Of a DNA stretch of 64,000 nt, positions 47,201 through 59,890 are shown piece after piece. Position 1 is the stretch's first letter. Each line of letters begins with the position of its first letter. Origin of the DNA: Macrostomum lignano (lineage: Eukaryota); the NCBI GenBank assembly GCA_002269645.1, contig NIVC01001775.1:1-64000 (forward strand). The letters are read 5' to 3'. Made by a program: the position numbers and the translations under genes. Under the pieces are notes generated by a model. It worked only from the letters and a program-made list of their open reading frames with translations, was not told the DNA's origin and ran no database searches.

Positions 47201-50200
47201 TTTCCGCTCCCTACCCTCTCCCCAATCTTCCCGCTCCCTACTCTCCCCAGTCTTCCCGCTCCCTACTCTCCCCAAACTTCCCGCTCCCTACTCTCCCCAG
47301 TCTTCCCGCTCCCTACTCTCCCCAATCTTCCCGCTCCCTACTCTCCCCAATCTTCCCGCTCCCTACTCTCCCCAAACTTCCCGCTCCCTACTCTCCACAG
47401 TCTTTCCGCTCCCTACTCTCTCCCCAGTCTTTCCGCTCCCTACCCTCTCCCCAGTCTTCCCGCTCCCTACTCTCCCCAATCTTCCCGCTCCCTACTCTCC
47501 CCAAACTTCCCGCTCCCTACTCTCCACAGTCTTTCCGCTCCCTACTCTCCCCAGTCTTCCCGCTCCCTACTCTCCAGTCTTTCCGCTCCCTACTCTCCAC
47601 AGTCTTTCCGCTCCCTACTCTCCCCAATCTTCCCGCTCCCTACTCTCCCCAGTCTTCCCGCTCCCTACTCTCCCCAAACTTCCCGCTCCCTACTCTCCCC
47701 AGTCTTCCCGCTCCCTTCTCTCCCCAATCTTTCCGCTCCCTACTCTCCACAGTCTTCCCGCTCCCTACTCTCCCCAATCTTCCCGCTTCCTACTCTCCAG
47801 TCTTTCCGCTCCCTACTCTCCAGTCTTTCCGCTCCCTACTCTCCACAGTCTTCCCGCTCCCTACTCTCCCCAATCTTCCCGCTTCCTACTCTCCAGTCTT
47901 TCCGCTCCCTACTCTCCAGTCTTTCCGCTCCCTACTCTCCACAGTCTTTCCGCTCCCTACCCTCTCCCCAATCTTCCCGCTCCCTACTCTCCCCAGTCTT
48001 CCCGCTCCCTACTCTCCCCAAACTTCCCGCTTCCTACTCTCCCCAATCTTCCCGCTTCCTACTCTCCAGTCTTTCCGCTCCCTACTCTCCAGTCTTTCCG
48101 CTCCCTACTCTCCACAGTCTTTCCGCTCCCTACCCTCTCCCCAATCTTCCCGCTCCCTACTCTCCCAAGTCTTCCCGCTCCCTACTCTCCCCAAACTTCC
48201 CGCTCCCTACTCTCCCCAATCTTCCCGCTTCCTACTCTCCAGTCTTTCCGCTCCCTACTCTCCAGTCTTTCCGCTCCCTACTCTCCACAGTCTTTCCGCT
48301 CCCTACTCTCCCCAAACTTCCCGCTCCCTACTCTCCCCAATCTTCCCGCTTCCTACTCTCCAGTCTTTCCGCTCCCTACTCTCCAGTCTTTCCGCTCCCT
48401 ACTCTCCCCAATCTTTCCGCTCCCTACTCTCCACAGTCTTCCCGCTCCCTACTCTCCCCAATCTTCCCGCTTCCTACTCCCCAGTCTTTCCGCTCCCTAC
48501 TCTCCAGTCTTTCCGCTCCCTACTCTCCACAGTCTTTCCGCTCCCTACCCTCTCCCCAATCTTCCCGCTCCCTACTCTCCCCAGTCTTCCCGCTCCCTAC
48601 TCTCCCCAAACTTCCCGCTCCCTACTCTCCCCAAACTTCCCGCTCCCTACTCTCCACATTCTTTCCGCTCCCTACTTTTTCAAGTCGATTCACTTTTAAC
48701 CCTCCGATTTTCCGCTCCTATCGCTCCCCAACTAATCAGCTCCCACTATCTCTAATGTCTTCAATACGAAAGCAAAAAATGCGTTGACCCATTTCCAACA
48801 CACTACTAAATCATTAGTAGCATAGTGAATATTTTTAAAAAGTCCAACTTTAAATTCCTTTATCCCAGAGACATCAAGCCGCAGAACATATTTCTGATGC
48901 GCAGCGGTCAAGTGAAGCTTGGCGATTTCGGAGTCGCCAAAACATTAGACTGCACGCTGCAACTGGCCAGCACTGCCATCGGCACACCGTACTATGTTAG
49001 CCCTGAGATTGTCAAATCCGAGGCTTACAATAATAAAACCGACATCTGGTCGCTCGGCTGCGTGCTATACGAATTATTAACACTGAATCACGCATTCGAA
49101 GCTAAAAATGAGAAACAATTGTATATTAATATTAAATTGGGCAATGTTATGCCCGTATCGCCGAGGTACAGTTCAGAGATTCGGTCCATCTGCTCCGCTA
49201 TGTTTCGGAAAAATCCAAGGTTTGTTGAACTACTCGTAGCTTTGGGATATATGGTAGTCAGTGGAGTGACAGAAGAGTCAGTGGAGTGACAGAAGAGTCA
49301 GTGGAGTGACAGGATTAGTCAGTTGAGTTACAGAAGAGTCAGTGGAGTGACAGGATTAGTCATTCGAGTTACAGAAGAGTCAGTGGAGTGACAGGATTAG
49401 TCAGTTGAGATACAGAAGAGTCAGTGGAGTGACACAATTAGTCATTCGAGTGACAGAAGAGTCAGTGGAGTGACAGGATTAGTCAGTAGAGTGACAGAAG
49501 AGTCAGTGGGGTGACTTCTACTGTTATTTCTCTATTTGCAGAGACCGGCCCACTGTGCAAGCTCTGCTGAAGAAGGAGGTTCTTCTCCCGGCTCTGTTGA
49601 AGCACATTTCGGCTGAGGTGGGTTTTATTATTCTACTAAAATAATTTTTAGAAAAAAAATTGCGTAGACTTTGCGAAAATTATATCACCAAATGATTTTT
49701 GGAAATGGCAAGCCTAGGATAGTCTTTTAAGTCACAATTGAGTTGCGGGTGTTTATGGAGTCGACACACAGAGTCAGCTGAGTTACTGGATAATCTAGAA
49801 TGACAAGAGGGTCTTCCGTGGAGTGACAAGAGGGTCTTCCGTGGAGTGACAAGAGGGTCTTCAGTGGAGTGACAAGAGGGTCTTCAGAGGAGTGCCAAGA
49901 AGGTCTTCCGTGGAGTGACAAGAGGGTCTTCAGAGGAGTGCCAAGAAGGTCTTCCGTGGAGTGACAAGAGGGTCTTCACCGGAGTGACAAGAGGGTCTTC
50001 AGTGGAGTGACAAGAAGGTCTTCAGTGGAGTGACAAGAGGGTCTTCAGTGGAGTGACAAGAGGGTCTTCACCCGAATGACAATAGGGTCTTCAGTGGAGT
50101 GACAAGAAGGTCTTCACTGGAGTGACAAGAGGGTCTTCAGTTGAGTGACAAGAGGGTCTTCAGTGGAGTGACAAGAGGATCTTCAGCGGAGTGACAAGAG

Positions 50201-53200
50201 GGTCTTCAGTGGAGTGACAAGAGCGGTCCTGACTTTCTAATCGTCGGGCATGTGCACTCTCTGAGCCTTGCGGGTTGGCCCTCATGTGCGAGAATCGCAC
50301 GACAGGCCCCGGCCCTACGTTTCAGCGCCTCTTTCCGCCTGGCCTTTCAGGAGGTGGCCGCTATTCAGCAGGCATCGCCAGCCTCGGCCGGTCAGAAGAG
50401 GCCGGGCAGCGCCCCGAGACCTTCGTCAGCTTCGTCGAAGCGGGTCGTTGCAGCTGCGGCTGCCGCCTACCCGGCCGCTCCGCTCAGCCCCTACGCGCAG
50501 AAGCTCGGCGGAGGCGGAGGCGGCGGCAATGAATCCGCCTCGCTGGCCGCAGCCCGCCGACGCGACCAGGAGCAGCGTCTGGCCGCGGTGCGCCGCGCCA
50601 ACGAGCAGCACAGGCAGCGGATGCAGCAGCAGCAGCAGAAGGAACGCGAGCAGGACGAAGCAAAACGCCGCCAGCAGCGTGAGGAAGCCTTGATAAACGC
50701 GGCCCAAACGCCGACGCCGCCTCCAGCTGCAGCAGTTGCTGCTTCGCCTTCACCGTCACCGTCGCCCTCGCCGAGAGGCGGAGATTACGCCGCATACCAC
50801 GCCGCGCTGGATAATCTGGCCAAGGAGGCGCAGCACCGGCCGCGTCAGTCGCCGCAGCCGCAGCAGCAGCAGCTCCATCCAGGGGTTGCCGTACCGTCGT
50901 CCTCGCCGTCAGCTTCTCCGACACCACCGCCCGCCGCCGACAACCAGTCGGAACGGGCCCAGCGTCTGCTCGAGGATTACTGGGAACGGAAACGGCTGGC
51001 AGCTCGGATTAAAGCGCAAGGCCTCGGTCTGGGCGCCGCGCAGGCCGTTAATCCGCTTTCACGTGAGTGGCCGGCTTTTGAGGTGCCTGGTACATTGATC
51101 CCCATTGTAATTTGGGATCTGAACTACATCGTAGTTTGGGATCTGATCCCCTATTGTAGTTTGGGATCTGATCCCCTATTGTAGTTTGGGATCTGATCCC
51201 CTATTGTAGTTTGGGATCTGATCCCCTATTGTAGTTTGGGATCTGATCCCCATTGTAATTTGGGATCTGATCCCCTATTGTAGTTTAGGATCCCCTTTTG
51301 TAGTTTGGGATCCCCTATTGTAGTTTGGGATCTGATCCCCTATTGTAGTTTGGGATCTGATCCCCTATTGTAGTTTAGGATCCCCTATTGTAGTTTGGGA
51401 TCTGATTGTAGTTTGATATCCCCTATTGTAGTTTGGGATATGATCCCCTATTTTAGTTTGGGATCTGAACCCCATTGTAGTTTGGGATCTGATCCCCTAT
51501 TGTAGTTTAGGATCTGATCCCCTATTGTAGTTTTGAATCTGATCCCTTATTGTAGTTTGGGATCTGATCCCTTATTGTAGTTTGGGATCTGATCCCCATT
51601 GTAGTTTTGGATCTGATCCCCATTGTAGTTTGGGATCTGATCCCCATTGTAGTTTGGGATCTGATCCCCATTGTAGTTGGGGATCTGATCCCCATTGTAG
51701 TTGGGGATCTGATCCCCATTGTAGTTTTGGATCTGATCCCCTATTGTAGTTTAGGATCTGATCCCCTATTGTAGTCTGGGATCTGATTGTATTTTGGGAT
51801 TTGTTTTGCTGATCTCATTCTCAGTTAGCTTGTCCGAGCCGTAAATATTGGTAGGTCAGTAGAAAATCTGGGATTAATTCATAGTAACTTGAGCCTCCCA
51901 AACAGTAGTATATTTAGCATTTTAAATCGCATTTTTAAATCCAACGTAAAAAAGATAGTCCGAGTGCTATGCGGTTAGCCTAGCATTAGTTATTAAATAC
52001 TTATTTGTCCGTAGCCGTGAACAGCGTTCCGCCTCAGCTGTAGCCGCCTCGCCCTGGCCTCGAGTGCCGCTCTGATTTGCGCCAATCTCTGACGCAGAAT
52101 TGGCTCAACATTTTCGGCGGCCAACCGTTGGTTCACGGTGGGCGTCAGGCTCCACCGCATCCGGATGCAGTCCAACACCAGGCCAGCCATTTCCATATCG
52201 ATTCGGCGTCTGGCTTCGAAGGCTTGTCTGGCCAGACGGTCGAATTCGAGTTGTAGTTGGCGATCCAACTCGCGGTTCTTGCTGTTTAAGTTTGACTCAA
52301 ATGGCATTGCGGGGGGGGCTTTGAGAAGGCGGAAGATGGAGCCAGAGAGTGTAGATCTTCATCTTGTCTAAGGTTTCTTAAATCAAGATTCACTAGTTAA
52401 TTATTTATGCACGCTTGCAAAGAAAGTCGCGAGTCTCTTAATTATGACTTTTTGCATTGTCATCTCGGCAATAAAACAAATTCAATGCGTTTGTGAGCTG
52501 TCCCTTGGGAAGACTTGTCTCGAGGGTAGGGGCGTTATTTTGAACAAAGGTGTCGCTATACTTTTACCGGTGTATTGGCATTTCTTAGAATATTTTTATG
52601 TAATTGATTTAGTTTTGACTTTACTGAACTATGAGAAATCGGTTTTAGATATACGCTCGTGAGATAAGCAGGTTATGGATTATAGAAATACATTGCTATT
52701 AATTATGAAGATAAGCAGGTAATCAGGGAGATATGATAAGCAGGTAATCAGGGAGATATGATAAGCAGGTAATCAGGGAGATATGATAAGCAGGTAATCA
52801 GGGAGATATGATAAGCAGGTAATCAGGGAGATATGATAAGCAGGTAATCAGGGAGATATGATAAGCAGGTAATCAGGGAGATATGATAAGCAGGTAATCA
52901 GGGAGATATGATAAGCAGGTAATCAGGGAGATATGATAAGCAGGTAATCAGGGAGATAAGATAAGCAGGTAATCAGGGAGATATGATAAGCATGTAATCA
53001 GGGAGATAAGATAAGCAGGTAATCAGGGAGATATGATAAGCAGGTAATCAGGGAGATAAGATAAGCAGGTAATCAGGGAGATAAGATAAGCAGGTAATCA
53101 GGTACTAGATCATCTATCCCCATTGAGAGAACCAATCAACAAAGTGCTTAAGACTCGCCCATTTCTCTCATCATCCAGCTCGCCCAGCAGCTGTCGCAGT

Positions 53201-56200
53201 AGAGGAGACCTACCTCCGCCGCCTCGAGGAGGTCCGCCGTCGCAACCAACGCGAGCGACAGCAGCTCGGCGAAGATGTTCAACAGGAGCGTCACGTTCGT
53301 GAAGCAAAAATCGACGCCCTAAAGACTGAGGCCCGCGATAGAGCCAATCGACTGCGCGAGCAAATGGACGAGCGCTTCAAGGAGGCTTCGGAACGCCAGC
53401 GGCAGCAGCAGCAGCAGCAGCAGCGTCTGCAACAACAGCAACAGTCGCAGTATCCTCCGCCGCCCAGCATTACCGAAGTCATGCAGAAGCTTCAACCAGC
53501 CAGCGCGTCGGATTCCGAGCCGACGCCTTCGGCTGGAGGCGGCGCCAACGGCGGCGGCGGAGGCGGCATCACCCGAGTCCTGGCTGAGATCGGCGCCAGC
53601 AGCAGCAACAGCGCGGCAGCATCCGCGGACGCCAGCAACGGAGACGATCAGGAAGCTCAGAAGCGTCGAAAGAAGGAGTCCATACTGCGGTACATCAATC
53701 GCAAGGGCGAGCCGCCGTCGGTGCCTCAGCAGCAGCCGCCGCCACCGGATGCGGGGGTCCGCAGCGCCTGGGACAGCATCGACTGTGATGTCGACCGGCT
53801 GGACCGACTTCCGCTACGTCTGCAGGGGTCGGATTCGTCCTCAGCCTCCGCCGATTCTCCTACATCGCCACAGGCGCCGACGGCGGCGCCGAGCAGTGCG
53901 CGCCAAACTCCGCGCGCCTGGGGCGCTCGCGCCGACGACACGGGATTTCTGCGTCGACTGGGCAACGCACCAATCCTGTCCGGCACCCTGGTCGACTCCG
54001 ACAGCCTGCCGGAGCGAGAGGTCGATGGCGAGGGCGAAGTCGATGGCAAAGCCGACAGTGAAAGCGTCAAGTCGCCTGCGCATTCAGACTTGTCGCAAGT
54101 TGAAACGGCCGAGGCGTCGGCAGCAGCTGCAACGGCTGCCGCGGCTGTTGCCGAAGCTGAAGCGATGGCGGCGGCTGGTAGAGCTGAACACGTTGTTATG
54201 GAGCCCGAGCTCAGTGAGCGCTGGCTAATTATGCTGGTAGATAGCTAATTATGCGAGTAGATAGCTAATTATGCGAGTAGATAGCTAATTATGCTTGTAG
54301 ATAGCTAATTATGCGAGTAGATAGCTAATTATGCGAGTAGATAGCTAATTATGCGAGTAGATAGCTAATTACGCTAGTAAATAGCTAATTATGCGCGTAG
54401 ATAGCTTATTATGCTTGTAGATAGCTAATTACGCTATTAGATAGCTAATTATGCGGGTAGATAGCTAATTATGCTAGTAGATAGCTAATTATGCTTGTAG
54501 ATAGCTAATTATGCTAGTAGATAGCTAATTATGCTTGTAGATAGCTAATTACGCTAGTAAATAGCTAATTATGCGGGTAGATAGCTAATTACGCTATTAG
54601 ATAGCTAATTATGCGGGTAGATAGCTAATTATGCTAGTAGATAGCTAATTATGCTTGTAGATAGCTAATTATGCTAGTAGATAGCTAATTATGCTTGTAG
54701 ATAGCTAATTACGCTATTAGATAGCTAATTATGCGGGTAGATAGCTAATTATGCTAGTAGATAGCTAATTATGCTTGTAGATAGCTAATTATGCTAGTAG
54801 ATAGCTAATTATGCTTGTAGATAGCTAATTACGCTATTAGATAGCTAATTATGCGGGTAGATAGCTAATTATGCTAGTAGATAGCTAATTATGCGAGTAG
54901 ATAGCTTATTATGCGAGTAAATAGCTAATTATGTTTGTAGATAGCTAATTATGCTTGTAGATAGCTAATTATGCTTGTAGATAGCTAATTATGCTTTTAG
55001 ATAGCTAATTAAGCTAGTAGCTAGCTAATTATGCTAGTAGATAGCTAATTATGCTAGTAGATAGCTAATTACGCTAGTAGATAGCTAATTATGCTTGTAG
55101 ATAACTAATTCTGCTTGTAGATAGCTAATTACGCTAGTAAATAGCTAATTATGCGGGTAGATAGCTTATTATGCGAGTAGATATCTAATTATGCGAGTAA
55201 ATAGCTAATTATGCGAGTAGATAGCTAATTATGCGAGTAGATAGCTAATTATGCTTGTAGATAGCTAATTATGCTTGTAGATAGCTAATTACGCTAGTAA
55301 ATAGCTAATTATGCGGGTAGATAGCTTATTATGCGAGTAGATATTTAATTATGCAAGTAGATAGCTAATTATGCGAGTAGATAGCTAATTATGCGAGTAG
55401 ATAGCTAATGAAGCTAGTAGCTAGCTTATTATGCTAGTAGATAGCTAATTATGCTAGTAGATATCTAATTATGCGAGTAGATAGCTAATTATGCTTTTAG
55501 ATAGCTAATTATGCGCGTAGCTAGCTAATTATGTTAGTAGATAGCTAATTACGCTAGTAGATAGCTAATTACGCTAGTAGATAGCTAATTATGCTTGTAG
55601 ATAGCTAATTATGCGAGTAGATAGCTAATTATGCGAGTAGATAGCTAATTATGCGAGTAGATAGCTAATTATGCGAGTAGATAGCTAATTATGCGAGTAG
55701 ATAGCTAATTATGCGAGTAGATATCTAATTTTTCGAGTAGATACCTACATATGCGAGTAGATAGCTAATTACGCTAGTAAATAGCTAATTATGCGAGTAG
55801 ATAGCTAATTATGCGAGTAGATATCTAATTTTTCGAGTAGATACCTACATATGCGAGTAGATAGCTAATTACGCTAGTAAATAGCTAATTATGCGAGTAG
55901 ATAGCTAATTATGCGAGTAGATAGCTAATTATGCGAGTAGATAGCTAATTATGCGAGTAGATAGCTTATTGTGCTTGTAGATAGCTAATTATGCGAGTAA
56001 ATAGCTAATTATGCGAGTAGATAGCTAATTATGCGAGTAGATAGCTAATTATGCTTGTAGATAGCTAATTATGCTAGTAGATAACTAATTATGCTTGTAG
56101 ATAGCTAATTATGCTTGTAGATAGCTAATTACGCTAGTAAATAGCTAATTATGCGGGTAGATAGCTTATTATGCGAGTAGATATTTAATTATGCAAGTAG

Positions 56201-56740
56201 ATAGCTAATTATGCGAGTAGATAGCTAATTATGCGAGTAGATAGCTAATGAAGCTAGTAGCTAGCTTATTATGCTAGTAGATAGCTAATTATGCTAGTAG
56301 ATATCTAATTATGCTTGTAGATAGCTAATTATGCTTTTAGATAGCTAATTATGCGCGTAGCTAGCTAATTATGTTAGTAGATAGCTAATTATGCTAGTAG
56401 ATAGCTAATTACGCTAGTAGATAGCTAATTACGCTAGTAGATAGCTAATTATGCTTGTAGATAGCTAATTATGCTTGTAGATAGCTAATTATGCGAGTAG
56501 ATAGCTAATTATGCGAGTAGATAGCTAATTATGCGAGTAGATATCTAATTTTTCGAGTAGATACCTACATATGCGAGTAGATAGCTAATTATGCGAGTAG
56601 ATAGCTAATTATGCGAGTAGATAGCTAATTATGCGAGTAGATAGCTAATTATGCGAGTAGATAGCTAATTATGTGGGTAGGTACCTAATTATGCAAGTAG
56701 TTATCTACGAAGTTTTTTTGGAAAGCTGATTTTGCAGGCA

Positions 56741-56778
<38 letters not shown>

Positions 56779-59143
56779 CAAGCATTAGTAATTCTGCTTC
56801 TCGCCCATCAATACCAGGCCGCATTCCCGAGCTGGTCGAGCCTTCGCCATCGATCTCTGACGCCAGCGCCTCCACTGGTCACTCTCTGCTCGATCAGGTG
56901 GCCTTCGAACCGGACGCTGAGCGGCCGCAGAAGGAAGCCAGCGCCAACTTCGTTGACGACGAAAAACCCGGAAAAAGTGGCGCAACCGCTGGCAAAGGCG
57001 GGGTGGACCTGGAGCGCACGGATATGCAGCTGGCCATCTACCAGAGCTTGAAGGACTTCGCCTTGTCGGCTGCCACTGCGGCAGCGGCCACTGACGACGA
57101 AGTGGAAGCGGCTGAGCAGCTGCTATTGAGCAGCCTGACTCTTGAGGAGGCTGAGGAACTGGCCGAGGTGCGTTCTGGTGACAGCACATTGGCTAGATTA
57201 GCAATCCAGTTCATTGGCTAGATTAGCAATCCAGTTCATTGGCTAGATTAGCAATCCAGTTCATTGGCTAGATTAGCAATCCAGTTCATTGGCTAGATTA
57301 GCAATCCAGTTCATTGGCTAGATTAGCAATCCATTTTATTGGCTAGATTAGCAATCCAGTTTATTGGCTAGATTAGCAATCCAGTTCATTGGCTAGATTA
57401 GCAATCCATTTTATTGGCTAGATTAGCAATCCAGTTCATTGGCTAGATTAGCAATCCAGTTTATTGGCTAGATTAGCAATCCAGTTTATTGGCTAGATTA
57501 GCAATCCAGTTTATTGGCTAGATTAGCAATCCAGTTTATTGGCTAGATTAGCAATCCGAAATGTTGAATTTTCATCTTCATCAGGTCGAGCGCAGCTTCC
57601 ATCGCGTCCTGAACGATCCCGAGCCCTCGCCCTCGGACGCAAAAGACGGTGACACCGAGGCGGAGGCGGACGACGCGCAGTGCAGCCGCACCCTAAAGCA
57701 GGCCCTGACCTCCGGCAAATTCGACAGCCCGAAATCGTTGCTGCGCACCTGCTCGCTGCCAGATCTGGTCGATGGTGCCGACGCTGGTGCATCCGGTGAG
57801 ATCAGTGCAGACTCGACCGCGACAGTTGTTAGCGTGGAGGCCGCTTCGTTGCCTTCAAGACCCAGGCAGCGTCCGGCTTCCAGCAGCGCGGCAGCCGTGG
57901 CAGCGGCAGCGGTAGCGACTCCCGATGACGACGATGTTGTTGTTCTTGACGGCGTCAACGAGGACGCTGCTGACGCCGATGCCGTCGTTGAGGATGATGA
58001 CGAGGAGCTGGACCAGGTGAAGCAGTCTATGGCCAGCGTGCTGGCCCTGTCAGCCGAGGCCGGCCCGGCTGACGAGGCGTTCGCCAGCTCCGATGTGGTC
58101 GGAGAAGTCGCTGCTACCGGCCAGGCTGAGCCAGCCGACGATGCCGACGACGACGACGACGCCGACGACGACGACGTCGACTGGGACGATGACGAAGGCC
58201 TGCCGATGGACGATCGGGCGGAGGATGAAGACGTCGACCAGAAGGCGGAGCGGCTGCGCGCCGAGCTGGAGCAGGTGGGGTTGGGGCGGCCGTCTGTCAA
58301 TCGGTCAGATATCGCTAATTAATCCGTTTCTGCGGGTAATCTGATTCGATCAGTCGCTTATTTCTTCAATCGATCGGTTTTGTCAATTAATCAGACTTTA
58401 TCTATCATTATTTATCATTTAGTCATATCAATCAGTCAGTCTTATCAATTCATCAATCAGTCGTATCAATCAGCCAGTCTTATCAATCAACCAGTCTTAT
58501 CAATCAACCAGTCTTATCAATCAATCAGTCTTATCAATCAATCAGTCTTATCAATCAATCAGTCTTATCAATCAGTCAGTCTTATCAATCAATTAGTCTT
58601 ATCAATCAGTCAGTCTTATCAATCAATCAGTCTTATCAATCAACCAGTCTTATCAATCAATCAGTCTTATCAATCAATCAGTCTTATCAATCAACCAGTC
58701 TTATCAATCAGTCAGTCTTATCAATCAACCAGTCTTATCAATCAATCAGTCGTATCAATCAATCAGTCGTATCAATCAATCAGTCGTATCAATCAATCAG
58801 TCGTATCAATCAATCAGTCGTATCAATCAATCAGTCGTATCAATCAATCAGTATTATCAAACAGTCAATCAATCATTTTTTATCCGCTTTATAAAAAAAT
58901 ATTGCTACCCAAAAATATTATAATCTTCAATAATTTTCCTAATTAGAACATCCTCCCGTTACCATCTAGGAGGTGGGTCTGGACCTTCTGCTAGAAGCTT
59001 ACGAATTGGCATTCGAGCTGGAGCAGGACCCGAGCGTCTCCGAGGTGGAAACGGAGCGCCGAGTGAAATCCGTGCTCAGCGATCAGCACTCTCAGCTCTA
59101 CGACAAAATTATGACCCTACTATTCTACGATAATCCAAATTAA
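44275..59143 (+). CDS. NEK1: NIMA-related kinase, NEK1-type; exons 44275-44657, 48869-49219, 49542-49617, 50351-51062, 53179-54213, 56818-57167, 57585-58274, 58970-59143
   Basis: IGEGAYGKA, VIKEV, HR|DIKPQN, LGDFG, GTPYYVSPE, DIWSLG. Coiled-coil ETYLRRLEEVRRRNQRERQQ and C-terminal LEQEVG..AYE..QLYDKIMTL resemble NEK1. All seven GT-AG introns have matching phases. Confidence 0.88.
44735..48680. repeat. About 4-kb pyrimidine-rich minisatellite (23-27 bp, core TCTTCCCGCTCCCTACTCTCCCCAG) in NEK1 intron 1
   Basis: Tandem array; source of the spurious 1385-aa and 1365-aa ORFs. Confidence 0.97.
49255..49515. repeat. 20-bp minisatellite AGAAGAGTCAGTGGAGTGAC in NEK1 intron 2
   Basis: Tandem array. 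Confidence 0.9.
49799..50222. repeat. 23-bp minisatellite GAGTGACAAGAGGGTCTTCAGTG in NEK1 intron 3
   Basis: Tandem array. Confidence 0.93.
51100..51790. repeat. 24-25-bp minisatellite GTAGTTTGGGATCTGATCCCCTATT in NEK1 intron 4
   Basis: Tandem array; the unit contains the inverted repeat GGGATC-T-GATCCC. Confidence 0.93.
51993..52307 (-). CDS. Candidate nested antisense gene in NEK1 intron 4 (104 aa, helical/coiled-coil)
   Basis: Non-repetitive GC-rich ORF between AT-rich flanks; ATG to TAA; charged helical composition. No secure homolog. Confidence 0.45.
   Translation of the reverse strand: MPFESNLNSKNRELDRQLQLEFDRLARQAFEARRRIDMEMAGLVLDCIRMRWSLTPTVNQRLAAENVEPILRQRLAQIRAALEARARRLQLRRNAVHGYGQISI
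52710..53102. repeat. 25-bp minisatellite GATAAGCAGGTAATCAGGGAGATAT in NEK1 intron 4
   Basis: Tandem array. Confidence 0.95.
54223..56700. repeat. 20-bp minisatellite ATAGCTAATTATGCGAGTAG (about 2.5 kb) in NEK1 intron 5, followed by (GGCA)n at about 56735-56780
   Basis: Tandem array with strict 20-bp phasing. Confidence 0.97.
57188..57557. repeat. 24-25-bp minisatellite TTGGCTAGATTAGCAATCCAGTTCA in NEK1 intron 6
   Basis: Tandem array filling almost the whole intron. Confidence 0.95.
58420..58870. repeat. ATCA-based compound repeat (ATCAATCAGTCTT variants) in NEK1 intron 7
   Basis: Tandem array. Confidence 0.9.
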
Positions 59144-59524
59144 CCGACTCTTTCTACTAATCCTAGTGAGTAGCTTAAACGTATTTTTAACACACAAAAA
59201 ACTCTTGCAACAGTAACAAACCAGGCAATTATTCTGACCATTTTCAAACATGCGCTTTTTCTACTATAAGTAGTGCTAGGATTGTTCTCCTTTAAAGCGC
59301 AATTTATTTGTTAATTGAAGCATCCAAACAGTCAAGTTATGCGCGTGTATAAATTAATTTATTTTGTGTAGTTTCGTTATCGAATGCTGACCAAAATTTG
59401 CTGCTGTCTTTTGCTTTTCAAACTTGCGTATTCAGTTTGATCTAGCATGTTTTATTGCTTTACGTAAAAAGTAGTTGCTACGAGTGGAATTCATATCATA
59501 ATGGTGAATATATATTTACCCCGT

Positions 59525-59890
59525 TTTTCAACCCCCCATTCCTCTCTTACCCCATTCCTCACCCCACCCCATTCCTCTCTTACCCCGTTCCTCACCCCAC
59601 CCCATTCCTCTCTTACCCGTTCCTCACCCCACCCCATTCCTCTCTTACCCCGTTCCTCACCCCACCCCATTCCTCTCTTACCCCGTTCCTCACTCCACCC
59701 CATTCCTCTCTTACCCCGTTCCTCACCCCACCCCATTCCTCTCTTACCCCGTTCCTCACCCCACCCCATTCCTCTCTTACCCCGTTCCTCACCCCACCTC
59801 ATTCCTCTCTTACCCGTTCCTCACCCCACCCCATTCCTCTCTTACCCCGTTCCTCACCCCACCCCATTTATCTCTTACCCCGTTCCTCAC
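59525..59890. repeat. 33-bp minisatellite CCCCATTCCTCTCTTACCCCGTTCCTCACCCCA downstream of NEK1
   Basis: Tandem array; the spurious ORFs repeat every 11 aa. Confidence 0.93.

Noticed and set aside
44630-48787. 1385-aa and 1365-aa Pro/Ser/Leu-rich ORFs
   Set aside because: Stop-free translations of a pyrimidine-rich minisatellite inside NEK1 intron 1; the kinase HR|DIK motif splices cleanly across it.
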